Shown here: piece after piece, positions 39,490 through 53,083 of the stretch
Numbering within the stretch: the first letter of the stretch is position 1
Layout of the letters: each line of letters begins with the position of its first letter
Origin: the human T2T-CHM13v2.0 reference genome, Homo sapiens
Reading direction: 5' to 3' (one strand)
Assembly: GCF_009914755.1 (NCBI RefSeq)
Contig: NC_060925.1
Length of the DNA stretch: 64,000 nt
Notes under the pieces: model-generated
Databases searched by the model: none
What the model was told of the DNA's origin: nothing
The model's input: only the letters and a program-made list of their open reading frames with translations
Position numbers and translations under genes: made by a program

Positions 39490-40630
39490 TCTATGCCAGC
39501 TCCTTTTCTTGCCAATCTCTAGATGATTTAGGGCTCAATGATTTAGTCCTTGAACTTCCCCTCTTCTCAATATTCTCTTTATAGGCCCTCAATTTATTCC
39601 TTGGCTTCTCAGGGTCATCAATACATTGATGACTCTCAACCTCCAAATGTGTGTGTTCAACCAGCAACTTGACATTTCCTCCTGTATGCTTAGTAGGTGT
39701 CTCAAGCTTTTCATAACTAAAACAACTTTCAATATATGAACCCCACCCCCACACTACCACACACACGCAACCTGCTCCTTTCTTAATCGGCTTCATTCAC
39801 CTGGTTTCTCAGGCCAAAAATTTAAGAGATTTTCTTTGCTGCTTTTTTTCCCTCACATGTTCATGTTCAATATATCAGCAAATACTGTAGCCTATACCTT
39901 TAAAATTGATCTTGAACTTGACCAGTTTTTATAACATCGACTGCTCTCACTTTGGTTAAGCTTTCATCATCTTTCACCCATCCACTTCAATAACCTTCCA
40001 ACTGGTCTCAGGCTTCTTTTCCCGACCCTTTAATCTAGCCCCAACTTGGCAGTCAAGTAATCTAAAAACAGATCTTGTGACTTGCCTTTTCAACATTTGC
40101 GATGCTTTCTGTTTACACAAAGTTAAACTCAACACTATGGCCCTACAGTGCCCTCTTCATCTGGCTTCTGGCTCACTCTCTAAACTCCTCTCTCTCACTT
40201 CTGTCCTCTTCACCACTTCTAACTTTTACAGCTCTCGTGTGTATGCGCGAACTTGAAGTGAAGGCTTAAGTTTTGCTCTTCCATTTTTCAGGCATGCTCT
40301 GTTCATGGCTGCCATAGAGCTCACTCCCTCATTCCATTGAGAAATTTCCCTAAGTGTCCTCTCCTCTCCACAGAGATGCATCCCTGACTGCCTATCTAAG
40401 ATAACCTACTCACATTCTATATCCTGTATTAGTTTTCTTCATATAACACAGTCTTGGCTTTAATAGTATATATTTATATTTTTATTGCCTCTTGCAGAGA
40501 CATTAAGCTTCATAAGGGCAAGGATTTTTTTCTTTCTTATTTTCATTGCTGTTTCCTCAAGACTAGAAATTTTCTTGGGACACAATGAGCGCCCAATAAA
40601 CATTTTTGGGATATACGAATGAAAGAGGAG
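39490..40630 (+). mobile_element. L2a 3' segment of about 1.1 kb
   Basis: Colinear L2a motifs ('gatgactctcaa', 'ttgacatttcc', 'atatcagcaaatactgtagcctatacctttaaaat', 'taagcttcataagggcaaggattttt') ending 'caataaacatttttgg...gaatgaa'. Confidence 0.85.
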
Positions 40631-41930
40631 TTGATTCCTGAGTTTATCATGAAGGAGGAATAAAAAATATTGAGTGGGTGAATGACATTCTGGAAATGTA
40701 CTGTAGGTAAGTGCATGGAGGTGTAAACAGCACAGAGCATTCATGAATGGTTAATAAGTCTCAGTGGATAGAGCGTTTCTGGAGTCATCACAAAGATTCA
40801 GATAATTATGCACATTTTATTTATACATGGACTTTGGATCGACTAAAAAGAAGCAACTGAGCAGAATTAAAACTTAATTGTGACCCTTCATAATGTTCTA
40901 CATTATTTCCACAATCTATAAAATAACCGTAATTAAATGACAAGAAAAATGATTCTATCAAATCACTAATTAAGTGCACTTTCTTTCAAGTGTTCATAAG
41001 TTGTCTCTAAATGTCATTGACAGTATCATGATGCATATATAAAGGGGAACTAAAATCCTCGGGTGTTTCAGATAATCCTTGTGCCAACAAATAGAAGCTT
41101 AGCTAGACACTCATACTTAAGACTCGTCACATTCTGTGGCTTAGTCTCTTCATCTCTCTGACTGCATGGAGGCTTACCTCAAAAAGAGCCACCTGATGTT
41201 GTCTTGTTACATGCCAGGTGAATTTGTCTATTGCTGTCAAATTTGGGACTGTGGATAGTTATGTTGCAACATGTTAACATTTCTTCTGTCTACTCGGTTG
41301 GAGTCTTCTTCACAGCAATTCTTCTGTCCTCAATTATTTGGAATTCTACAGTCATCCAATACTCAGTGTCAAAACAAACAAGATAGGGAGTACAGAGTGC
41401 CCTGTTTGTCACAAGGTGTGAATCATTTTATCTTCCTTCTTGGTTTTATATATGGCTTATAAATAAAATGTATATAAGAGTTTGGAAACAGAGAACAAGA
41501 TCTATTAAGAGAATTATAGCTTGATAATTATCTGGATACTTGTGGTTTTTTATGTTTAGAGGAATACCCTTAACAGACTAATGTGGCTATGTAGAATCCT
41601 ATCCACAAACCCACAGTTTAACAAGATTAAAATTAATGTGTCATAATGAATTCTAAGGAAGAAACATTCCGAAAAGACTCAGATGTTTAGAAAAACTTAA
41701 GTTTGAGAATTGTGAACACAGAAAGAGCAGAAAACTTACCTTTCTCATTTTCTCCTAGAAATCTAGCACCTACTCTGTCTTAAAGTTTTTCATAAATATT
41801 TTAGTTAATTGGTTAATCCCAGCTCTCCCTATTAGGCAGTCAACAAGTAGGGCTTTGTCTAAAATAAAGTTTACACAATCATAGCACTATTTAATATAAC
41901 TCTTTGTGATGATATAAATATTGTATAAAT

Positions 41931-42087
41931 TCTGTTGTCCTGTATAGTAGCCACTAGATTTGTATGGCTAGTGTGGGCATGAAATGTAGCTAGTGCAATA
42001 GAGGGTCTAAATTTTTAATTTTAAAAAACGGCATTTCAACTTAAATAGCCACATATGACTAGTGGTTTACTGTACTGGGCAGCACAG
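41931..42087. mobile_element. MER3-like hAT-Charlie MITE
   Basis: TIR-like 'ctgttgtcctgtatagtagccactag' / 'ctagtggtttactgtactgggcagcacag'; 'aaatgtagctagtgcaa...ttaaatagccacat'. Confidence 0.8.
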
Positions 42088-43806
42088 ATCTACAGTATTC
42101 AAAGTAATATAATCTTTTATCTTTTAGTGTGGAATGTATGTATTTTAAATTATCACTAAATCCTTTTATTTGAAATATGCACACACAAAAAAACAGCACC
42201 GAGGCCCTTTGTAATTGGAAAAAATTTTAATTTTCCCAAAGGTTTTGGTTAAATTTCCTGTTAACAATATTCCTTGGTACTCATAGAACCAATTTAAATG
42301 AAAATCATAAATTTTTAAGTTAGTACAGAATGAAGTCATTAATAAAATCATTAAACTGTCAAAACTCCTAAGTTATAAAGCATTGAGCAAAACAGCATAC
42401 GTCTAATATCGTCTCTTTTTATTGTGTGTATGAAGCGGATGGCAGGAAAGATTGTCTATGTTTTTCCTTCATGACCAAAAGAGAAAATTCTCACAGATAT
42501 GCGAATAGAAGAGATGTGTTACTATTTTCTTCCATAAATTGATTCATTTTAGGAAGAAGAGAATGAGGAAAGGAATGTTTTTAAACTATGTTCCAATTTT
42601 CATTAAACTGTGTATGAAGACAGTATGTTTATTAAGTTGCTAGAGACTTTCTCACAGTGTCCATTACAGCTGTATAAACTGGCCCCCTCCTCTTCCCATT
42701 GACAAGTTCATTTTAAACAAAGTTATGACCTGCTCTCCCTGAGCTCTCTCTGCCCTTTGCTGTAAAATTCCAGTTTACCTCCCTTTTAAACCCAGGGTCA
42801 CAAAGAATTTTTATTGGAAAGCTAAGTAAAACCAAAAGTGCCCATGAACTTCTTTGAATGCCACTTTGCACAAAGTACTAATCAAGATTTTCTGAGATCA
42901 CGCTGGGGAGTTTTTTTTCATGTATGTGGCAATAGTTTGGTGAATTTCATCTTAATCGATAAAAGACAAAGAACGTATAAGCCATGTGTAAGAAGAGGTG
43001 GCAGACTATTTACTTTATTATTGTTTAACCAGATATTTAATAGTCACACAATATACAACATTCCTGAAGTGTGTAACACTCATCAACACCCTTTATGAAT
43101 AAATGTTAATCAGGACCGTGGATTTTTGTTTTATTTTGCTAAGGGTGAAATCTCTACATTGACCTCTAAATACAGTTGTTTGGAATCTTTTTATTAGACA
43201 AAAATAGTTAATTTAAAAAAAGTTTTAGGTATACACACATACACTTTTTATGCAGTAAAAATTACTGTGGATCAGTGACATGTAAAATAGTTAAACTAAT
43301 TATTCTCCCATATTTCCTCCTGATACTTTGTTCATTGCCAAACATATAATTTCCAAGAACACCTTAATGTGTAAGAGCCCCTAAACTCTAGCACTGGCCT
43401 TGTCACTGAGTTATATTCTAACATTTCACCAGACTAGGATGTCCTTGAGTACAGGATGAATGCTTATTCATTTAGTTCATTTGTAAGGCCCCAGTAGAAT
43501 GCTTATGATTAGGGATCAGTGCATACAAGAATTATTGACTGAATTTTCAATTGACTTCTGCAAAACTACAACTGTAATCATCACCTTCTTACATCTTTTC
43601 ATTTTTCATTTGCTTCTTTCGCTTTTTAATATTTGTTAGTGTGTTACTTTCCTCTTGTCACCTATGTGAGCTAGATTCTACATCTGTCTTTGTCTCTGCC
43701 AAACAGATGTCAAATTCTGTCCGTCTTTAATAGAATTGACTCACAAATTCCGTTGATCCTTTCATGTCATTCTCATGGTCGATATCCTATTTTAGGCCTT
43801 CATTAA

Positions 43807-44211
43807 TGCTATGTACTGAATTGTGTTCCCCCAAAATTCGTATGTTGAAACTCTAACCCCCAGTGTGATTATATCTGGAGATGAGGCCTATAGAAGGTAA
43901 TTAAGGTTAAATGAGGTCATAAGATTAGGGTCTGATATGATAGGATTAATGTTCTTATAAGAAGAAACATGAGAGAGCTCACTTGCCTTCTTTCCTCCTC
44001 CACTCTTGTGTGCACAAAAAAAAAAGAGATCATGTGAACACACAGGGAGATTGTGGCTGCCTGCAAGCCAGGGAGAATGACCACACCAGAAACCAACCAT
44101 GTTGGCATTTTGATCTCAGACTCCCAGCCTCCAGAATTATGAGAAAATGAATGTCTGCCACTTAGGCCACCCAGCCTGTGGTGCTTTGTTATGGCAGCCC
44201 TAAGTAAGACA
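43807..44211 (+). mobile_element. MLT1A/MLT1A0 solo LTR
   Basis: 'tgctatgtactgaattgtgttcccccaaaattcgtatgttgaa...ttgttatggcagccctaagtaagaca'; TSD attaa/attac. Confidence 0.9.
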
Positions 44212-44384
44212 ATTACCTTTTGCATAGAGCTTAACTACTGAGATTGTAATTAGGCCTCTTTATACCAATCTATTTAGGATATTGGGATCAGATATTCCAA
44301 GGCACAGCACTGACTATGTTACTCTTCTACTCATATGTGCTTATTATATTCTCATTTTCATATGATATAGTAATGATAGTGAAT

Positions 44385-44590
44385 AAATCATTGATTATTA
44401 CATGCCATGCATGAAGCACTCAACTTGCATCATGACATTTAATATTCATAATTATATGACATATGCAATATACTTAACCCTCCATTTGCAGATATTATGT
44501 AATTTGCCTGATACCACAGGACTAACTAATGATAGATCCAGAATATAAACTCAGGCTTTTCTAATCCAAAGGTCACAATTTAAGCACTAA
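44385..44590 (-). mobile_element. MIR fragment
   Basis: 'catttaatattcataa...ccatttgcagat...taatttgcctgataccacaggactaa...aaactcaggctttt'. Confidence 0.65.
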
Positions 44591-45209
44591 TTGCATATAG
44601 TTTTTCTTGACTTGGCATTCAAGGGATGGGAAAACTCAATAGAAGACTCTTGCAATAGCCCAGATAACGTGTAGATAGTTAGCAGAGGGAATGAACAGTA
44701 GTGAACAAAACCCAAAGACACATCACAGGCAAAAATCAATTGGGTCTGGAAATACATTTAAGTTATGGAATATAACGTGGTCTACCACAATTTTAATGAA
44801 AATTTAAACTTCATAAGAACTTACAAGTGTATATTTATTTGATTTGTCAAATATATCAAGTAGTATGTTATCTTTTTAAGAAATTATAAAGCCATACTTT
44901 ATATGATAGATACCCTGATTTCTTTAAGATTCATCTAAAAAATGTGACTGTGTGTTTTTTAAATATCTACCCTCACTTTACCCTTTCTTTGTTATAAGTA
45001 AGCACCTACCACTTTTGGTTTTATTTAATTAGTATTTTAATGTTTAGAAGATTTGCTTTTCTAGTTAGGTAGTTAGAATCTTATTCATCTACTTTCCATT
45101 GAATATCAACAAGTGTCTTTCTTATAACCAGTGCTTGATGACTGTTGATGTGACTCACAGAAGATAATAAAAATCTTTGGTTTTATTTGCAAAATTTATT
45201 ACTTGAAAA

Positions 45210-45326
45210 CTGTATATGGAGGTAGGACCTATAAAGGAGGAAATTAAATTTTAAATGAGGTCAAAAGAGTAGTACCCTGATATGATAGGATTAATATTCT
45301 TACAAGAAAAGACACTAGAGAGCTTG
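45210..45326 (+). mobile_element. Isolated internal MLT1A fragment
   Basis: Colinear with about 43870-43980: 'ttaaatgaggtca...ctgatatgataggattaat...gagagct'. Confidence 0.8.
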
Positions 45327-46762
45327 TGTTTATCATAAATTTGTTTATAAAGTCATGGAAAGATGCTTTAATACATACTTTTAAAATCAGAATTATTAAT
45401 TTGGTCTTAAATAAAAGGTTTCCCATAAGGAATTTACTAGAGTTGAGGTGTTTATTCTTTCAACTTGTTTAATCTTAGAAACATCCTACTATTAACATGT
45501 TTAACAAAGTCCTTCCAAAATTTTCAAAGAAAAGCTGTTTCCAACTGAAATTCAAACTATCACAATATTATGGTGAAATATCATTGAAATGAAAAGATAT
45601 ATACACAATTTAGACATCCTACCTTTCATATACCTTTACGGGTATAGGAGATAATGAACAGTCATGTAGAAATAGAAACAAAGCTAGTGGCATTTTTTTG
45701 TTCTTTTGTAAAAGAATTTATTCATGTTTTCAGTAATTTTCTGAAACTAAGACTTCAAGTTTTACTCTATTTTATAGCACAAATATTGCTAAATGAGAAT
45801 TGTAAAATGACTGATCAAAAAGTCAAAATAAACAGCTAATTTCTTCTAGGAATGCTTATAAACAATTCTTAATTCACAATGTATGCTCACCTTTCAAGAA
45901 AAGTAATTTTCCCCCAATGAACTCTATTATTGATAAAACTCAGAACTGATAAACTTTAAATTAGATGGGAGAGAAATAGCCACATTTCTTTTTGATTGGT
46001 ATTACTTCTAGCTGCTGAAACTTATAGCAGAGATTTGTGTTTTAAACAATGACTAAAAGATATCCACTTGTAGTTGTGTTACTAGAAAATCTACAATGTT
46101 GACTAGAAAACTCTTTATTTATATTCAGAATGTTGAAGTATTGTACATGGATATTGAGGAAACTTTTCTGAAGCCAGAAATAATAGTCCATATCTCCCAT
46201 TGCTGGCAGTAAGTGACACCGCTATTAGAAGACATATCAAGTTCATTAAACAGTCTAATTCTGCTAAAAGCTGTAGACAGAGAGCAAGCTTAACACACAG
46301 TCTTAAAATAAGAAAACTAATTTGGACTTGAAGAGCTCAAAAGAACTAGTGAGATCTCCCAGTCCACTTTCTCTCCTCAGAGCCAAAAATATATCTTTAT
46401 TTGGATTAGAATTATATGGATTTTGCATGCCTATGTACCTTCAGCCCTAGCATGGTGCCTAGAGCCTCATGGATTTAAAAGAAAAAAAAGCTAAACGAAC
46501 GAAAGAAACTAATGAGATGATATTAGAAGAAGAGAGAGAAATAGAGGGGCTCATAATCAAATAAGTTTCCCAAAACACCTCCACTCCCAATTGCACATTA
46601 ACCATACTTAGAATATTACAATCTCCTAGAAGTCCTCTGGTAAGTAATAATAACAGTAAAAATAACATTTGATTGAGTGCAGCCATTCTTTTGCTGGCAA
46701 TAGGAAATAAAATAATGCCCATATCAAGGCCCATATAGGCCTTGATTCATCTGGTCCCCCAC

Positions 46763-49138
46763 TGTATTAGTTCATTTTCACACTGCTATAAAGAACCACC
46801 TGAGACTGGGTAATTTAGAAAGAAAAGAGGTTTAATTGATTCACAGTTCCACATATCTGGGGAGGCCTCAGGAAACTTACAATGACAGAAGGCAAAGGGG
46901 AAGTAAGGCATATCTTACGTGGCAGCAGGAGAGAGAGAGAGAGCACAGAGGGGGGTGCTACACTTTTAAACCATCAGATCTCATGAGAACTCACTCACTA
47001 TCACAAGAACAGCATGGGGGAAGTCTGTCCCCATGATCTAATCACTTCCCTCCAAGCCTCAACCCCTGACACGTGGGGATTATAATTTGACATGACACAT
47101 GACATTTGGGAGACACAGAGCCAAACATATCAATCCTTCCAGGTCCCTCCCAAATCTTTTATCCTTTTCACATTGCAAAACCAAACATGCCTTCTCAACA
47201 GTCCCCCAAAGTCTTAACTCAATGCAGTATTAACTGAAAAGTCTAAGTCCAAAGTCTCATCTGAGACAAGTCCCTTCTACCTATGAGCCTGTAAAATAAA
47301 AAACAAGTTAATTACTTCCAAGATACAATGGAGGTACAGGCATTGGGTAAATGCTTCCATTCCAAAAGGGAGAAATTGGCCAAAACAAAGAGGCTACAGA
47401 CCCCATGCAAGTCCAAAACCTGGCAGGGCAGCCATTAAATCTTAAATTTAAAATCTTAAACCCGGCAGGGCAGCTATTAAATCTGGATGTCTCACATCCA
47501 GAGAATACTGATGCAAGGGGTGGGCTCCCACAGGCTTGGGCAGCTCTGTCCCTGTGGCTGTGCAGGATACAGCCCCTGTAGCTACTTTCACTGGATGGCA
47601 TTGTGTGCCTCCAGCTTTTCCAGGTGCACAGTGTAAGCTGTCAGGGGATCTACCATTCTGGGGTCTGGAGGATAGCATCCCTCTTCTCACAGCTCCACTA
47701 GGCAGTGCCCCAGTGGGGACTCTGTGTGGTAGCTCCAAATCCACATTTCCCCTTTGCACTACCCTTGCAGAGGTTCTCCATGAGGGTTCCACCCCTGCAG
47801 CAGACTTCTGCCTGGACATCCAGGCATTTCCATACATCCTCTAAGATCTAGGTGAAGGTTCCCAAACCTCAATTCTAGCCTTCTGTGCACCTGTAGACCC
47901 AGGACCATGTGGAAGCTGCCAGGCTTGGGGTTTGCATCCTCTGAAGCAACAGCTCAAGCTGTATCTTGGCCCCTTTTAGCCATAGCTGGAACTGGAGTGG
48001 CTAGGATGCAGGACACCAAATCCTGAGGCTGCACAGACCAGCAGGGCCCTGGGCCCAGCCCATGAAACCATTTTTCCCTCTTAGGCCTCCAGACCTGTGA
48101 TGGGAGGGACTGCTGTGAAGATCTGTGACATGGCCTGGAGACATTTTCCCCATTGTCCTGGTGATTAACATTCAGCTCCTTGTTACTTGTGCAAATTTCT
48201 GCAGCTGGCCTGACTTTCTCCCCAGAAAATGTTTGTTTGTTTGTTTGTTTGTTTTTCCTATCACAGGGTCAGGCTGCAAATTTTCCAAACTTTTATGCCT
48301 GCTTCCCTTTTAAACATAAGTTCCAATTTTGGACCATCTCTTTCTTCACACATGAGCCTACACTTTCACAAAAACCCCTGTCACTTCTTGAATGCTTTGC
48401 TGCTTAGAAATTTCTTCTGCCAGATACTCTAAATCATCTCTGTCAAGTTCAAAGTCCCAGAGATCTATAGGGGAGGGGCAAAATGCTGCTAGTCCCTTTG
48501 CTAAAACATAGCAAAAGTGGCCTTTACTCCAGTTTCCAATAACTTCCTCATTTCCATCTGAGACCACCCCTGCCTGGACTTCATTGTTTATATCACTGTT
48601 AGCATTTTGGTCAAAACCACTCAACAAGTCTCTAGGAAGTTCCAAACTTTCCCACATCTCCCTGTCTCCTCCTGAGCCCTCCAAATTGTTCCAACTCTGC
48701 CTGTTACCCAGTTCCAAAGTTACTCTCACATTTTCAGGTATCTTTATAGCAGTGCCCCACTATGAGTACCAATTTTCTGTTTTAGTCTTTTTTCACACTG
48801 CTATAAAGAACTACTTGAAACTGGGTAATTTATTTAAAAAAATAAGTTTAACTGACTCACAATTTCACATGGCTGGGGAGGCCGCAGGAAACTTACAATC
48901 ATGGTAGAAGGAAAAAGGAAGAAATTCATCTCTTACATGGCAGCAGGGGAGAGAGAGCAAAGGGGAAAGTGCCACATTTTTAAACTATCAGCTCTCATAA
49001 CTCACTCACTATGATGAGAACAGCATGAAGAAAATCTGCCCCCATCATCCAATCACCTCACTGCAGCTCCCTCCCCTGACACGTGGGATTGCAATTCAAC
49101 ATGATATCTGAGTGGGGACACAGAGCCAAACCATATCA
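46763..49138 (-). mobile_element. Full-length THE1D MaLR provirus (LTR 46763-47132, internal 47133-48777, LTR 48778-49138)
   Basis: Two direct-repeat LTRs ('tgtattag/tgtttttag...ccaaa(c)catatca') around about 1.65 kb of THE1-int; TSD cccac/ccccc. Confidence 0.93.
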
Positions 49139-49566
49139 CCCCCCTCCCAAGTCCTTTTCTTTGTCTTCCCCACTCATATAAATCCAACTCATTTTTCAGG
49201 TTCAGGTCTTGGTTTTTAAGCTAAATCTTTACTGTTTATTCTATTGTAATCTTTCTTTCTTATGAAATTAAGGAAATGACATTTTTAGGACAACATTAGC
49301 ATATTAATCTGTACAAGCACCTGAATATGCATTATCATTTATCATTCAAGAATTTTGTGTACTAGAACAATTATCTTGTTAAAGATATAAGTCTGAGGGT
49401 TTCCAGGGTCTATGGGTTTCTGAGGTTTGCTCAGAAGAACATACCTAACAACAACAGCAAAACAGCTATCCTTTATTGAGTGTTTACAACTTGACAAGAA
49501 GTTACATATATTAAGAATTCTGCAGATATTATACTATTTAATCCAGATATCAACTCTGTGAGATAG

Positions 49567-50133
49567 TATGTTAATTTTCTACTGCTGCACAACATATTTG
49601 GTGTTTAATAATACTCATTTACTATCTGACACGTTGAAGGATCAGAAGTCTTGGCTGGCTCATCTAGAAACTTTACTTAGGGCCTCACAAGGCCAAAATC
49701 AAGTATCAGCCAGGCTAGGCTCTTACCTGGGGTTCTGGGGAAGAATTCACTTCTGAGATCATTCAAGTCTGAACAAATTCAGTTTCTTGTGGTTGATTCC
49801 CTTTTCTTGCTGGCTGTCAGCTTGGGGCTACTCCCACCTCTCACATTCCTTTAAATGTGGCTTCATCCATCTTCAAAACCAGCAGAGGTGCATCAAATCC
49901 CTCCATGCTTAGAATCTCTGATTTCCTTTTCTGTCATCAGCTGGATAAAACTGCATTTATTATCTCATGTGAATAGATTAAGCCCAACCAAATAATCTTT
50001 CTTTTGCCATATAACTCAACATAATCATAAGAGTGATATTTTGTCATATTCACAAGTTCCACTCACATGCAGAGAAGATATTATACAAGGGTGAGAGTCA
50101 TCAGGGATTATTCTTAGAATTTTGGCCAACATA
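49567..50133 (-). mobile_element. MLT1E-like solo LTR inserted in a MIR
   Basis: 'ggcctcacaaggccaaaatcaagtatcagccaggct...ggggaagaattcacttc'; perfect TSD gatag (49562-49566 / 50134-50138); MIR resumes with 'ccattttttcagataaggaaactgaggcac'. Confidence 0.85.
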
Positions 50134-51295
50134 GATAGGTTCTGTCATTACTGCCATTTTTCAGATAAGGAAACTGAGGCACAAGATGGAGCCAGAACTT
50201 GAACACTTGTTTAAATACTGTTTTGTGCTATTTCAATTAAATCATGCTTTAATTTTGCTGTTTAAGCTCTACTTCTATAAATATTGCCTTATATATCCCT
50301 ATACTTACAAGTTTCCCTAGATCATTATAAAGGTCTCTGGAACATCTGTTGAAGTGAACGACCCTTGTTACCTAGGATAAATGTGTTAATTTCCTCTTTA
50401 ACATCTTTCTGCTATTCTAAACGCCAAAGATAGAATCAACTCTTAGACCATCCTGCTTGTTTGATGAAACTATAAGCATTTACAGATGTTTTCAGAACAA
50501 CTTTTATCTCCTGCATATTTAAACAAAGTCTGTTATAAAAAAGGAAGAAGAAAAGTTAAACTAACTTTACTCTGAGCTAGATTATAGAGATCACTGTATA
50601 ACTCAGGCAGTATAATTTCAATCCCAAAGAATTCATTTTTGCCAATAGCTCTTCTGATTTCTTTGAAAATGTCACTTACTCGAACAAAATTCAAATGCAA
50701 TCAAAATTTATTTGGAGTTTATCTGATAAATATTAGTCAGGCTCAGTATAGCATGTAGAGTTAAAACATAGAGTAAGGCATGATGTTGACTGCGAGGGAT
50801 TTACAGTAATTAATGTGACACATGAACGTATGCTCTGTGCCTGTTTTCTCCTTATTCTTCACATATATTCATGAACTATGTCTGAGTTAAAGGCTCTGAA
50901 TCTTGTGTAACTGGCTAGGAGATGTGAGTAAAGCATTTAACCTCTGTAGGTCTTGTTTTTTCTTACCTATAATTTAAAAATGGATAGAATAGAGGTTATC
51001 CTCACAAATTTCCAATCTATGGCCATAAATATGATAAATTCCAGGTGAGAATTGAGAAAAAAGAGAGCTGAGAAATATTGTATTAAGCAAACATCTCATA
51101 TTTTAATTAAAGCATTATAATAGAACATATAACATTTCTTCAAGTGCATGAATAATAAGAAATAGCTATTCAGAGCTTCGTCAGCTTTTAAATCTCGCAT
51201 AAACAGTTCTCATAGACATAAGGGGTAAAAATATGGTGACCCCCCACCCCGGTCACAACTAAACCCCTAGATTGATTCTGTTTGGCCACCTAGGG

Positions 51296-51302
51296 TTTCT
51301 TT

Positions 51303-51334
<32 letters not shown>

Positions 51335-51356
51335 GTTTGTTTTTTTGTTTTTTTTC
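51296..51356. repeat. T-rich / (TTTTG)n low-complexity tract
   Basis: Direct reading. Confidence 0.9.
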
Positions 51357-51572
51357 TTAAAAATCAATTCAGTTTATTTTGGGTAAGACATGGTTTTGGG
51401 ATCTCTATACTCCCCAGCATGTCTAGTCTGCTCTGCTCATTTAAGTAACCTGTATGGCCATCATTGAGTTTGGAATGCATGGTTACATTAAAACAACTTT
51501 GGTTAGAGATTAGGAAGACTTTATTATTGTTGACAATATAAGTATTAAAAAGGCATTCTTTTAAAAAAAAAG

Positions 51573-51695
51573 TTTTTTAGAGATGAGGTCTCACTATGTT
51601 GCCCAGGCTGGTCTTGAACTCCTGAGCTCAAGTGATCCTTCCATCTCAGCCTCCCAAAATGTTAGGATTACAGGCATAAGCCACCATGCCTGGCC
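51573..51695 (-). mobile_element. FLAM or free Alu left monomer
   Basis: Single monomer 'agagatgaggtctcactatgttgcccaggctggtcttgaactcctgagctcaag...ccaccatgcctggcc'. Confidence 0.88.
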
Positions 51696-53045
51696 TGAGA
51701 TTTTTAAAGAAAATAATAGCATTGGATTTTCTGGAGTATTTCCAGTAAGGACAGATTCTAAATGAAAAATGATTTCCAGAAGAAAAAATTAAATTAATGC
51801 TTTAAAGCTTTCAGCTTAACATTCAATAATGAACACTAAATGCACCTTTATATAAACTACCAAAATGTGTTTCATGGGTAATTTCAAAACCTTCTACTTT
51901 ACTCGAGTGACAGTCCAACAAGTGATTATGGTGGAAGCTATTGCAAAATAGTACTACTCAATATAAATTTGATAAGATACGCTTAAAACAGAAGTGTTCA
52001 GTTCATTGAAATTGTAAAGAATAATCATGATCTTCGAAGTTATAAAATAAGATACACATTTATATTTTATTTGCTTAGTTTCATCATCTGCTCTTCAAAA
52101 TCTTTTTCATTATACTGTTTCTTTACTTTGAAGTGGGGTTTGTGACCCACATGAAGTAATCATTACCATGGCAAGTGTCCAGATTGCTAAATATTGGAAA
52201 CCAAAACCTCATGTATGAGAGGAGCAGTCCCTAAAGCCCTTTATTATTCATGTCGAAATCAATGATATACTCTTTAGCTACTGTCATTTGTAAAACCATC
52301 TGGTTTGATCTGTTTTGAACAAAGAAACTCTTTTTTTCTTCCTAGTTTCTCCCTTGCAACAACAGAGTTTTTCTTAAGATCATGTCAACACATCCTTTAT
52401 AAATTCATTACAGAAATAGATAGATCCCCAGCAAAAGACTCAAAAGGCAGAGTGGTGCTACAAATAGATTGGGATTTACAGGTGGTTAGGAGGGAAGAAG
52501 GCCAGAGTAGTGAAGTGTTAGCAAAGATCACTGATGATTCCTTTAGCTATGAGGTAATTGTACCCATCAGGGTCTTTGCCCAAATCTTCTGAGCGATATT
52601 GACAATGTTAGAGAGTTTTATTTGAAACTGAAAAGATAAATTACACAGAAAAGCAGTACAAAGTGGTTTTGGTTGATATTATTTCTTTAGATTCATTATA
52701 AGTCTGAGTTTGCACACCTATATATAAGAAGAATATTGTGAACAGTATGATGGTAACACAATTCAGAATACAGTGACATGAGTCAATATGACATGTCCTT
52801 GACCAAATGTACTGTGTTTTTTTTTTTTAATTTTACTTTTAAGCAAAGATACAATACTAAAGATTATTTTGATAACTGCAGTTTCATAGCATCTACTAAT
52901 GTGGATATAGTTACAACCAGATCTATAATACTGAACTTTAGTGAAGACAATATTGGCCTTCTGTTATGCCTAAAACTATTCTAAAGTAATGTATAGATGA
53001 TTGTCACATTAAAAAATTCTTTACACATTTTTAATAATATTTAGA

Positions 53046-53046
<1 letters not shown>

Positions 53047-53082
<36 letters not shown>
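53047..53082. repeat. Compound (TA)n(GA)n microsatellite
   Basis: Direct reading. Confidence 0.92.

Positions 53083-53083
<1 letters not shown>

Noticed and set aside
44615-44770. Paired GATA sites (AGATAA/AGATAG) as an enhancer
   Set aside because: Appears to lie in a degenerate antisense L2 fragment; two 6-mers alone are insufficient evidence.
47308-48907. Cluster of longer GC-richer ORFs on both strands
   Set aside because: Entirely within THE1D internal/LTR sequence; decayed MaLR frames, not a gene cluster.
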